A stretch of DNA of 64,000 bases, from positions 159,960,001-160,024,000 of the forward strand of contig NC_043000.1 in the NCBI RefSeq assembly GCF_006345805.1, given 5' to 3'. A program made the position numbers and the translations under genes. Every line of letters begins with the position of its first letter. Position 1 is the stretch's first letter. The stretch comes from Octopus sinensis. Lineage: Eukaryota. The notes below the pieces were generated by a model. It was not told where the DNA came from, did no database searches, and worked only from the letters and a program-made list of their open reading frames with translations. Below, piece by piece: positions 39,500 to 49,929 of this stretch.

Positions 39500-40412
39500 A
39501 AAGACTGGTACTTATTTTATCAAGTGCGCAAGGATTAACGGCAGAGTCGACCTCAGCGGAATTTGAACATAGAACGTGGTGGACAGACGAAATACCGCTT
39601 AATATTTTGTCCGGTGTGCTAACGATTCTTATTTCTTTATTGCCTACAAGGGGCTAAACATAGAGGAGACAAGGAAGGACAGACAAAGGGATTAAGTCCA
39701 TTACATCGACGCACAGTGCGTAACTGATACTTAATTTATCGACTCCAAAAGGATGAAAGGCAAAGTCGACCTCGGCGGCATTTGAACTAAGAACATAGCG
39801 GTAGATGAAATACTTATTTCTTTACTACCCACAAGGGGCTAAACACAGAGAGGACAAACAAGGACAGACAAACGGATGAAGTCGATTATATCGACCCCAG
39901 TTTGTAACTGGTACTTATTTAATCGGCCCCGAAAAGATGAAAGGCAAAGTCGACCTCGGCAGAATTTGAACTCAGACCGTAACGGCTGGCAAAATACCTG
40001 TTTCTTTATTACCCACAAGAGGCTAAACATAGAGGGGACAAAGAAGGATAGACAAAGGTACTAAGTCGATTACATCAACCCCAGTGTGTAACTGGTACTT
40101 AATTTATCGACCCCGAAAGGATGAAAGGCAAAGTCGACCTCGGCGGAATTTGAACTCAGAACGTAATGGCAGACGAAATACCGATTTTTTTACTACCCAC
40201 AAGGGGCTAAACACAGAGAGGACAAACAAGGGCAGACAAACGGATTAAGTCGATTATATCGACTCCAGTGCGTAACTGGTACTTAATTTATCGACTCCGA
40301 AAGGATGACAGGCAAAGTCGACCTCGGCGGAATTTGAACTCAGAACGTAGCGGCAGACGAAATACCGCTAAGAATTTCGCCCGGCGTGCTGACGACTCTG
40401 CCAGCTTACCAT
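39500..40412 (-). mobile_element. SINE family A: older copy (39500-39628) plus a four-unit tandem multimer (39629-40412, 184-185 bp period) with a single head
   Basis: Units start at 39629, 39814, 39998 and 40182, each tt(a/g)tttctttac..acaagggg..gaaatac. Only the last unit continues into the tRNA-like head (40363-40412). Confidence 0.9.
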
Positions 40413-40934
40413 CCTCAGCAACGTCAAGAACAACGTGTATAACAACAACAGTAATAATAACAGCAAGCATGAAAAGAGGAACAACAGCCATAATATCAAC
40501 AGCTGTAACATCAACGACCATAACAATGGCAGCGACGCTCATGAGAGTAAGAACTGCAATAACATCAACGACGACGCTGACGACAACCGCATCCAAAAAG
40601 TGACAACAGCAGCTAAACAACAATGAAAATAATGCGAACAGATTTAACAGCAAAAAAACAATAATGAACAGTAAAGTAATGATGACAATAATAACGTCTA
40701 TAAAAATAACGAGAAGAATAATCATGAAATTAACAGTATTAGTAATAGTAGCATTTATAATAAAAAAAACACAGCAAGAACAACAGTCGCAACAACAAGC
40801 ATAAGACCAACAGTAACAGCAACAGTAGTCATAACAGAAATAGCAACAACTAAAACGTAACCATAGCCGCAACAGCAACAATGAAAATAAGCTTAGCATT
40901 GACAACAACAAGTCAGAACAACGACAACGATAGA

Positions 40935-41132
40935 GGGGACAAACAAGGACAGACAAAGGAATTAAGTCGATTATATCGACCCCAGTGCGTAACTGGTACT
41001 TCATTTATTATCGATCCCGAAAGGATGAAAGGCAAAGTCGACCTCGGCGGAATTTGAACTCGGAACGGAGCGGCGGACGAAATACCGCAAAGCATTTCGC
41101 CCGACGTGCTAACGATTCTGCCAGCTCGCCGC
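40935..41132 (-). mobile_element. SINE family A copy
   Basis: Reverse complement of 45489 onward, with an intact head ggcggcgagctggcagaatcgttagcac. Confidence 0.9.
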
Positions 41133-41209
41133 CTAAACAACGACAACGATAACAAGAACAACCGTAACAACAACGACAACAACTACTTCTACTCCTGCTG
41201 CTGCTGCTG

Positions 41210-41248
<39 letters not shown>

Positions 41249-41688
41249 GAACAGTATGGCGGCAACGACAGTAACTAACAAACATGACAGCAACGGGAAC
41301 GGCAACAACAACTATAATAGCAATGATAATAACAGGGGCATCAGTAGTCGTAGCAGCAGCAGTAAATACAACAATAACAACAACAACAACAACAACAGCA
41401 GCAAATTTAACAACATTCACAGCATGAAAAAGAAGAAAAAAAAACCTAACGATAACAGTGACGTCTTCAGCATCAACAACAACAATGATAACAATCATCT
41501 TGTAGGTGCAAGGCTGAAATTTTAGGAGAAGTTGCTAATCAATTGCATCGACACTGCAGTGCTTAACTGGGCCCTATCGCACTGACTCCGAAAGGACGAA
41601 AAGCAAAGTTGAACTCAGAATATAAAGACGGACAAAATGCCACCAAACATTTTCTCCGTCTTGCTAACGATTCTGCTAGCTCACCGCC

Positions 41689-41746
<58 letters not shown>

Positions 41747-41790
41747 TAATAATAATAATAATAATAATGATAATAATAATGATAATAATA

Positions 41791-42001
41791 TTCAGACAAA
41801 TACATAACAAAAACACCAGGACTTACAAACACATATAACATACAGAAAATTGCACTACTAGGCACTGCACACATCCTACGCAGAACACTTTCCATACAAT
41901 AACCATCAGAGCATCACAACCAATCACAGCACATACCCAAGGCACACAGAGCTGCGCTCGGTAGTGAAGTGAAAGCACGCTATAAAAATAAAACTACTGA
42001 A
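41791..42001 (+). mobile_element. R4/Dong-like non-LTR retrotransposon 3' stub (subfamily 1) inside (AAT)n
   Basis: Encodes SDKYITKTPGLTNTYNIQKIALLGTAHILRRTLSIQ* (stop 41900-41902), matching the QK.ALLGTA.ILR C-terminal motif of R4/Dong RLE elements. (AAT)n on both sides. Confidence 0.85.
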
Positions 42002-42099
42002 TGATAATAATAACAACAACAACAACAACAACAACAATAATAATAATAATAATAACAGGAGGAGGAGGCACACTTCGGTCATGGATGCCCATGGAATTG

Positions 42100-42370
42100 C
42101 ACCTAGAAAGATTGTTTGTGGATGGCTAGCAATGGCCCATGTATACCAGCTTCCCCTCTCTACACCACTGATGTTATCCAAGGGAAAGTCAAAGGCCGAT
42201 ACGGGTTGGTACCAGCGATGCCGCAACTCATTTCTACAGCTGAGTTAACTGTGGCAACGTGAAATAAAGTGTATTGCTCAAGAACTCAACACGCAGCCCG
42301 GTCCGGGAATCGAACTCATAACCTCACGATCGTAAGCTCTACGATCTAACTACTGAGCCGTGCGCCTTCA
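42100..42370 (-). mobile_element. tRNA-derived SINE family D
   Basis: gggaatcgaactc (B-box on the minus strand), gtgaaataaagtgt..gctcaaga core and gcgccttca head. Homologous to 35460-35700. Confidence 0.8.
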
Positions 42371-42392
42371 CAACATCAACAACAACAACAAC

Positions 42393-42436
<44 letters not shown>

Positions 42437-42636
42437 CAATAATAATGATAATAAAGCAAAAGGCCTGAAATTTGGTGTGGGGCGGGGCTACTTATTTCAT
42501 CGACCCCGAAATGATGTGTGGCAAAGTCGACCTCGGCGGAATTTGAACTCAGAACATAAAGATGGATGAAATGTCATTAAGCTAACGACTCTGCCAGCTC
42601 ACCAGCTTAATAATAACAGCAATAATAATAATAATA

Positions 42637-42690
<54 letters not shown>

Positions 42691-42716
42691 TAATAATAAT
42701 AATAAAAATAATAATA

Positions 42717-42892
42717 GGAACAAATAGGGGCTACAATAACGGTGGGGCACTTGCTGAAAACAGTACTACTTGGAACCGCTCGAATACTCCAGATGGTGCT
42801 CGAAAAATAAGGGTTGTTACCTTAGTTGACTGGTAGTGAGCAGCTGACACTGTAGTACATCTCCAGCGTTAGAATTTGTGCAAAGACAATAA
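42717..42892 (+). mobile_element. R4/Dong-like 3' stub (subfamily 2) directly after (AAT)n
   Basis: Encodes EQIGATITVGHLLKTVLLGTARILQMVLEK* (42718-42810). Same C-terminal motif as the 41791 stub but a different sequence and 3'UTR. Confidence 0.8.
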
Positions 42893-42904
42893 GATGATGA
42901 TGAG

Positions 42905-42989
42905 TTCCACTGCGTGGTATCTTGGGCAAGTGTCTTCTACTATAGCCTCGGGCCGACCAAATTGTTGTGAGTGAAAGAAGCCCGTCGTA

Positions 42990-43038
<49 letters not shown>

Positions 43039-43272
43039 GTATGTGTGTGCATATGTTTGTGTCTCTGTGTTTGCCCCCCCCCCCCCAACATCGCATGACA
43101 ACCGATGCTGGAGTGTTTACGAACCCGTAACTTAGCGGTTCGGCAAAAGAAACCGATGGAATAAGTACCAGGCTTACAAAGAACAAGTCCTAGGGTCGAT
43201 TTGCTCGACGAAAAGGCGGTGCTCTAGCATGGCCGCAGTCAACTGATTGAAACAAGTAAAAGAGTAAAAGAG
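42905..43272 (+). mobile_element. 5'-truncated SINE family B
   Basis: Matches 38375-38722; followed by a long (AAT)n. Confidence 0.9.
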
Positions 43273-43274
<2 letters not shown>

Positions 43275-43303
<29 letters not shown>

Positions 43304-43304
43304 G

Positions 43305-43400
<96 letters not shown>

Positions 43401-44045
43401 TAATAATAATAATAGTAATAATAATAATAATAATAATGATAATAATAACAACAACAACAACATTATAGGATCAAGATAAACAAGTGTAGCAGGGTTAGTA
43501 GTAATATTAGCAACAGCAACAATATCAATAGCAACGCAACTGTATATATTATAGCAATAACCCCCACATTGCCATAAATAACAACGAAACAATCCCTGGG
43601 GTAATAGTAACAACAAGAACAACAACATCATTAATAAGAAATGCTATAGGAACAGCAGCAAGAAGAACAAGAACAACAATAGCAATAATGACAATGACAA
43701 CAGCAGAAGCAGCAACGACAACAACAGCAACAAAAACATATGACAGTAAAAAAAAAAAAAAGAAAAGAAAACTATAAGTGTAATAACAACCTACCTCAGA
43801 AATAACCTCGGAAACAACAGCAGCAATAACTGTTGCCCTCACAACTACAGCAACAAAAGCAATAACAACATCAGCTGTGACCATAACAACAACAGCAGCA
43901 ACAACAACTTCAGCAATAGCAACAGAAAAAAAACAACAACTACAACAACAGCAACAAAAGCAAAAGCAATAGCAATCATAACTGTAATAACAACAACATC
44001 CGCAGCAACATCAACAATAGCAACCAACAGCAAGAAAAACCACCA
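43275..44045. repeat. (AAT)n then degenerate (AAC/AGC)n low-complexity tract
   Basis: Direct reading. It explains the poly-Leu/Val ORFs. Confidence 0.93.
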
Positions 44046-44435
44046 CAATTTTACAAGAGAGAGGTGCTGGCAACACCAAGACTTTGAAACGAAAGGTAGG
44101 CTACCTGGTCATGATAACCTTTCTGAGTTGTCTGCGACGTCGTCGTTTCAGCGAATATTTTCCTGAATCTATAAACTTGATGCCATTCACTGTTGCATTA
44201 TTTAGAAGTTAAACGGCTGACAACAAAAATAATAACACTACTAAGAATGGAAGCAAATAATAACGATCTTCCAGAACTCACAGATTAATATCCCTTATGT
44301 CATACTCTGCCTTGTTTAAAATGGACGAGCACATTAGACATTGTAGACCTAGATGTCCCTTATTAAGGCAGAATGGTCATAGGTGGAATGACTGATTATT
44401 CAATGTCCTAGTCTACTTGTGACGTGGGGAGTAAA

Positions 44436-45078
44436 TAACATCTATAATAGGAGCTACGAGAGAAGTACCTGTGCGGTCGTTTGCATTGCTAAAAATAGCG
44501 GCTAAATCTCCTTCAAATCGTATCTGTTGTTCTCAGAAGTAGAGGCTGCAGTGCATAGTTTGGAGCAAAAGGCATAAGGTTGCTTGACGGTTATGGCTGG
44601 AACATAATCTTTATATATAAAAGTAAGGTTGTGTGTCTGTCTCCTACGATTTAGATTCCTAACTACTCCCACATTTTGCGGTGCAGTTTAACCAAAAGCG
44701 GGTATCTTATAGTCGTAATTCATATCGAGCCCTTCTGGGTATTAGCGCGCGTCTACGATGAGTCTACGATTAAAAAAAAAAATTACCATCAATTTTTCCC
44801 ATTTTTAATGCAATCTTTTGCTATTATATAAGGGAAGTAAATCTCTAAAAATGCTTATATAGTTTTTTCCCTTACAAACCCGAGCAACGCCGGGCGATAC
44901 TGCTAGTAACATCTATAATAGGAGCTACGAGAGAAGTACTTGTGCGGTCGTTTGCATTGCTAAAAATAGCGGCTAAATCTCCTTCAAATCGTATCTGGTG
45001 TTCTCAGAAGTAGAGGCTGCAATGCATAGTTTGGAGCAAAAGGCATAAGGTTGCTTGACGGTTATGGCTGGAACATAA
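44436..45078. repeat. 172-bp direct repeats (44436-44607 and 44907-45078) flanking the Helitron
   Basis: taacatctataatagg..ggctggaacataa occurs twice, with 3 substitutions by hand comparison. Confidence 0.95.
44608..44906 (+). mobile_element. Non-autonomous Helitron (299 bp)
   Basis: Starts TC(tttatatataaaag) and ends CTAG (44903-44906), with a GC-rich hairpin cccgagcaacgccggg (44879-44894) 8 nt before the CTAG. Inserted between A and T. Confidence 0.88.
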
Positions 45079-45134
45079 TTGAATATAGATGTACTTCATC
45101 AGAGTTAATCTTGGTGTTAAATAACAATTATGAA

Positions 45135-45450
45135 AACACTCCGTCGGTTACGACGATGCGCGTTCTAGTTGAGCCGATCAATAGATTATCCTGCACGTAG
45201 AATTAACGTGCAAGTGGCTGAACATTCCACAGGCTCGCGTACACTCAATGTAGTTCTTGGGGAGAGTCAGCGTCACACATACTGTGACACAGCTGGTTCC
45301 ATCGAATTACAGGTACTACTCATTTTTACCAGCTGAGTGGACTGGAGCAGCTTGAAATAAAGTGACTCGCTCTATGGCACAACGCGCCACCGGGAATCGA
45401 ACTCACGACCTCCGGATCGTTAACCGAAATCTTTATCCTCTAAACTACAC
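45135..45450 (-). mobile_element. SINE family C
   Basis: Homologous to 33506-33888; gggaatcgaactc B-box. Confidence 0.85.
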
Positions 45451-45488
45451 ACATTTAATAACAACTATACTAATTTCTGACAGAGGAA

Positions 45489-45720
45489 GGCGGCGAGCTG
45501 GCAGAAACGTTAGCACGCCGGGCGAAATGCGTAGCCGTATTTCGTCTGCCGTTACGTTCTGGGTTCAAATTCCGCCGAGGTCGACTTTGCCTTTCATCCT
45601 TTCGGGTTCGATAAATTAAGTACCAGTTACGCACTGGGGTCGATGTAATCGATTTAATCTCTTTGTCTGTCCTTGTTTGTCTCCTCTGTGTTTGGCCCCT
45701 TGTGGGTAGTAAAGAAATAA
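45489..45720 (+). mobile_element. Intact tRNA-derived SINE family A
   Basis: Head ggcggcgagctggcagaaacgttag (A-box-like), ggttcaaattcc (B-box), body cctttcatcctttcgggttcgataaattaagtacc, and tail ..gtgggtagtaaagaaataa. Confidence 0.92.
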
Positions 45721-45729
45721 AAAGAGGTA

Positions 45730-48240
45730 CAAGCCCAGTAGTTTTGATGGGAGAAAGGGTTAGTCGACACCACAGACACCAGTACTTGATTAGTATTTTA
45801 ATTTATCGACCCCGAAGGGTATGAAAGGCAAAGTTAATCTATCTTGGAGTTTTGCGTTCTAAGTTCAAATGCCACTGAGGCTCACTTTGCTGTTTTTCCA
45901 TTTCGGAGCCGATAAAATAAGGTACCAGTCAAGCAGTTATGTTGATGTAATCGATTAAACCTTTCTCGCAAAATTGCTGATCTAGAATCTAAATTAGAAA
46001 CATGATAATAACAGAAACATAAGTTCCAGTATCAGTGTGGGCAGCAATAATAGCTTCTGTAACAACAAAAACAACAACGGCGACAATGATGACGTATCTC
46101 TTTTATTTGGCACACAGGCCATGACACAAGGACAGACAGAACACCACAGTGGGGACAAAAACATGAAAGGAATGAATGAGGGATGAAAAATAATTAATGA
46201 GGATGAACCCCACTCTCAAGTAGTACCATTTAACTGTTTCAATAAAAGTTTTTTATATAATTATTCCCTCTTTTTTTTCTTTTTCCTTTCCTTTTAGCGC
46301 CGTATGTATAGTCTTATCTAAAACGCTTACTCACGCTTTCGAGTTAATGTATGGCTTCGAATCTTTATAATTCACAACAGGTGGTAGGTCATCGAATTCC
46401 ACCTCAACTCCCATTGGTCTATGCTTGTTCACGACAACGACGACGACAAGAACAGCAACGACGACAACAACAATAACAGCAGCAGCAACACCAATAATGA
46501 TAGTTGTAGCAACAACAACAGTTGTGTCCTCAACAAGATGAACAGAAACAATGATTGTGTTAGTAGCCGTAGTGATATCGTCAACAATCGTAGCAAAAGG
46601 CAAAGAAAAGCAAACAAAACAAGAATTATTCTAAGACTACAAAAACATTCACACCAGAGTTTATAGTAATAGCTTTACTAAAAATAATGGTATTGATTCC
46701 TTAACGCCACAAGGGCGATGGATGACATCAAGAGAGAATTACTAATCATTGTGAGTTTTACATTGAATAAGGATAACAAAAATAAAAGACTTGCTAAATA
46801 ATGATGGCAATACCAATAATTCTTTATTTATCATAGAGCTATAATGGTTTTTTGATTTAGATTCACAAGTCCAGCAGATATGTGGGAGGAGGTTATTCGA
46901 TATCACCGACTACAGTACTTGACTGACACTTTATTTTATCGTTCTCGAAAGGATGAAAGTCGATGTCGATCACGGCAGTTCTTGTACTCGGAACTTAAAG
47001 AGCCGGAAGAAATATCACAAAGCATCTTTTCTGACATTCTAAAAACTCCACCAACTCGTCGCCCATGTTACACCGTCATGGTATTTGTATATATATTGCT
47101 TGCAATGCTAATGCAGTCTATAACTACTGGAAAATATCAAGCAGCTAAATATCCTTCAAGTCACATAATACGTTGTCTGGATAAACTGTTTCTGAGTAAA
47201 ATGTAGAAGATTTTGTATAGAACGTTTATATATGTAAAGCCGCCTGAGCAGGAGCTAAACATCAATAATAACAAGTTTTTATTCTTTATTCTTGAAAGCT
47301 GGTAGATACGAACACAAGGAGACTGTTACAATTATTGTGAATATTATTTGGGATGATTTAGTCAACTAATTCATCTAGATTTGTGGTTTTGTATTAATGC
47401 AGAAATCACTTTTATTAAGGTAATCAATTCACAAATTCATCAAAGTGGCGGCTAAAATATTTTGTTCTATTTAAGTGAATAACATAACATTCTAAGCTCA
47501 AATACCACCGAGGTAGACTCTGACAAAATGAAGTGCCGAGTACTGGGAGAAGTGAACAAGGGTATAATTGGCTGCGCCTTTTCCTCCAAATTTGAGGCCT
47601 TCCGCCTATGTAAGAAATTGTTTAGAGCACTGGTTATGCGAAATCGTTGGAGCATCGGAGAAATGTTTTGCGTTGATTTGCTAACTGAGTTCAAATCCCG
47701 CCGATGCGTTGCAACTTTCCAAACCATTGTTAAAACAAGTACCACTCAAGTACTGATGTCGATTAAACGAACTCATTCCTCTCCTCAAATTTCAGGCCTT
47801 GTTTCTATGCTGGAAATGAATATTAACAGAATAGGGAAGACGGCAAGATGGAAGAATCGGAACCACGCTAGAAAAAGTTGCTTAAGAGCATTTCTTCCGA
47901 CTTTGCATTCTGAGTTCAAATTCTTCCTCGTCTCACTTTTCCATGCATCCTTTCGGAGTTGTTAAAACAAGGTACCAGTTGAATACTGAGGTCAATGTAA
48001 TACACGTACCCCTCCGCCGAAACTGCTGGCCTTGTACCAAAATTAGAAACCAATATCATAAAAATGATGGATTCGTAGAAACATTAAAACGACAGGTACA
48101 ATATTTCGTAGCTTTTATATGCATACATTTACATTGTAAGTTCACTGCTTACCAAGGCCAACTATGACATTCGTACCCTCTAAATGGGATCGATAATTAA
48201 AGAAACCAATGAATTACTGAGGTAAATTAAAGCGCCAAAT
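45730..48240. mobile_element. Cluster of old, degenerate SINE family A fragments in both orientations
   Basis: Recurrent ttatcgaccccgaa / gagttcaaat.cc..cga / aagtacca motifs at ~45780-45960, 46900-47060, 47500-47770 and 47850-48240. Confidence 0.65.
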
Positions 48241-48544
48241 ACTAATAGCTCCAAACTTACTTTTCAAGTAAAATACTAAATCTCATAATCGAGAATGAAT
48301 TATTATTTAGTGCATAAATAGCAGATGAGGAGGTGAAGCCTCACGGAGGATAGAATTCTTGTGTGGAGCTATTATTCAGGAGTTATTTGCTTTGAAAGTC
48401 ATAATGACGGAATGATGTCACAAAATTCATATGATAATGATATGTGGGTATGTCTGATGGTTCACAATCTTCGTAAGTGTAGTCTCTAATAAAATGACAG
48501 AATAAGTGTCGATCAATGAATTTTAAATATCTATCTCTAGCTCA

Positions 48545-48845
48545 GTGGAGGCACATGGCCTAGTGGTTAGAGTAGCGGACTCGCGGTCGAGGGATCGCGG
48601 ATTCGAATCTCAGACCGGGCGATGAGTGTTTTTATGAGCGAAACACCTAAGGTCCACACGGCTCCGGCCGAAAGTAAGGCGACCTTCTGCTGACTCTTTT
48701 GCCACAACTTTCTCTCAATCTTTCCTCCTGCATCTTGCAACTCACCTTCGACGGACCGGCGTCCCGTCCAGGTGGGGAACCTATACGCCAAGGAATCGGG
48801 AGACCGGCTCTTATGAGCCAGGCGTGACTCGAGATGGAGCAAACA
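48545..48845 (+). mobile_element. tRNA-derived SINE with a V-domain-like core
   Basis: tRNA-like head tggcctagtggttagag (A-box) and ggattcgaatctc (B-box). gacggaccggcgtcccgtccagg resembles the V-SINE conserved domain. Confidence 0.75.
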
Positions 48846-49388
48846 ATTTATAGCTAAAGGCAACGAACTGGCAGAATCGATAGCACGCTGGGTAAAAGGC
48901 TTAGCGTCATTTCGTCCGTCTTTACGTTCTGCGTTCAAATTCCGCTGTTGTGACTTTGCCATTCATCTTTTCGAGGTCAATAAAATAAGTATTAGTTGAA
49001 CCTGGAGTCGATAAAATCAACCTACTCCCACCCACGAGATTGATGAACATGAACCAAAATTTGTAACCAGCTTTAGTTACAGCCCTTTCCATGATGAATT
49101 CGAATCAGTTTTACATATTAATCTGCGAGGGGTCAAATTCGACGATACTCTAACCAAAATTTCTGGCCATATGTCAATATTTAAAATAAATAGAAGTATA
49201 AAATCAGCAAAGATATACAAGATTCCCACAAGGTTAATAAAGGCAGCGAGTAAGTGGCCTTGCTTTTTTCCTATATAGAAATGATTATTAGGGAGACTAA
49301 ATATTTTAATATTTTCTGGAAACTTTGGGAAGAACATCTAAGGATTCCTACGACAGTAACACTGACCTACTTTTTGCCTATAGTAGAA

Positions 49389-49436
<48 letters not shown>

Positions 49437-49512
49437 TTTCTTTTTCAAATTTTCTTCCGTTTCTCACCGAGTGTTTTCTGTACACCTAAAGCAGAGAAGC
49501 TCATTGTATGCA

Positions 49513-49698
49513 TTCCACAGAAAATAGATTTAGTATACCAATGTACAATGTAACAATGGAGCAATGAAAACTTAAGTATAAGTATAGATCATTATTAATT
49601 TTACCGGTAAAATTAATAATGATCTATACTTATACTTAAGTTTTCATTGCTCCATTGTTACATTGTACATTGGTATACTAAATCTATTTTCTGTGGAA
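49513..49698. repeat. Perfect spacer-less palindrome, 186 bp (2 x 93 bp)
   Basis: Centre at 49605/49606 (ttacc|ggtaa). The arms are exact reverse complements by base-by-base check. Confidence 0.98.
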
Positions 49699-49929
49699 AC
49701 GTTAAATGTACTTCACATCTGTTAATCCGTATATATTATGATATTAAGTTAAACGATTATATATACTAACATTATAACAGTATATAAGGTATGTCTATCT
49801 ATATATATGTATATATATATTTAAGAAAGAAAATATGTAAAAACGCACTGGAGGTTTGTATAGTAAAATTTCTGCTAATATTAACATCATAATAAAACAA
49901 AGAGTTGTATTACAACATTAAATAATAAA

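Noticed and set aside
39629-40412. Regularly spaced repeats that could be mistaken for a CRISPR array
   Set aside because: The whole 184-bp unit repeats with no unique spacers, the context is eukaryotic, and there are no cas genes.
48547-48620. tRNA-like sequence with A and B boxes
   Set aside because: The acceptor and T stems do not pair cleanly, and it continues into a SINE body. Treated as a SINE head, not a tRNA gene.
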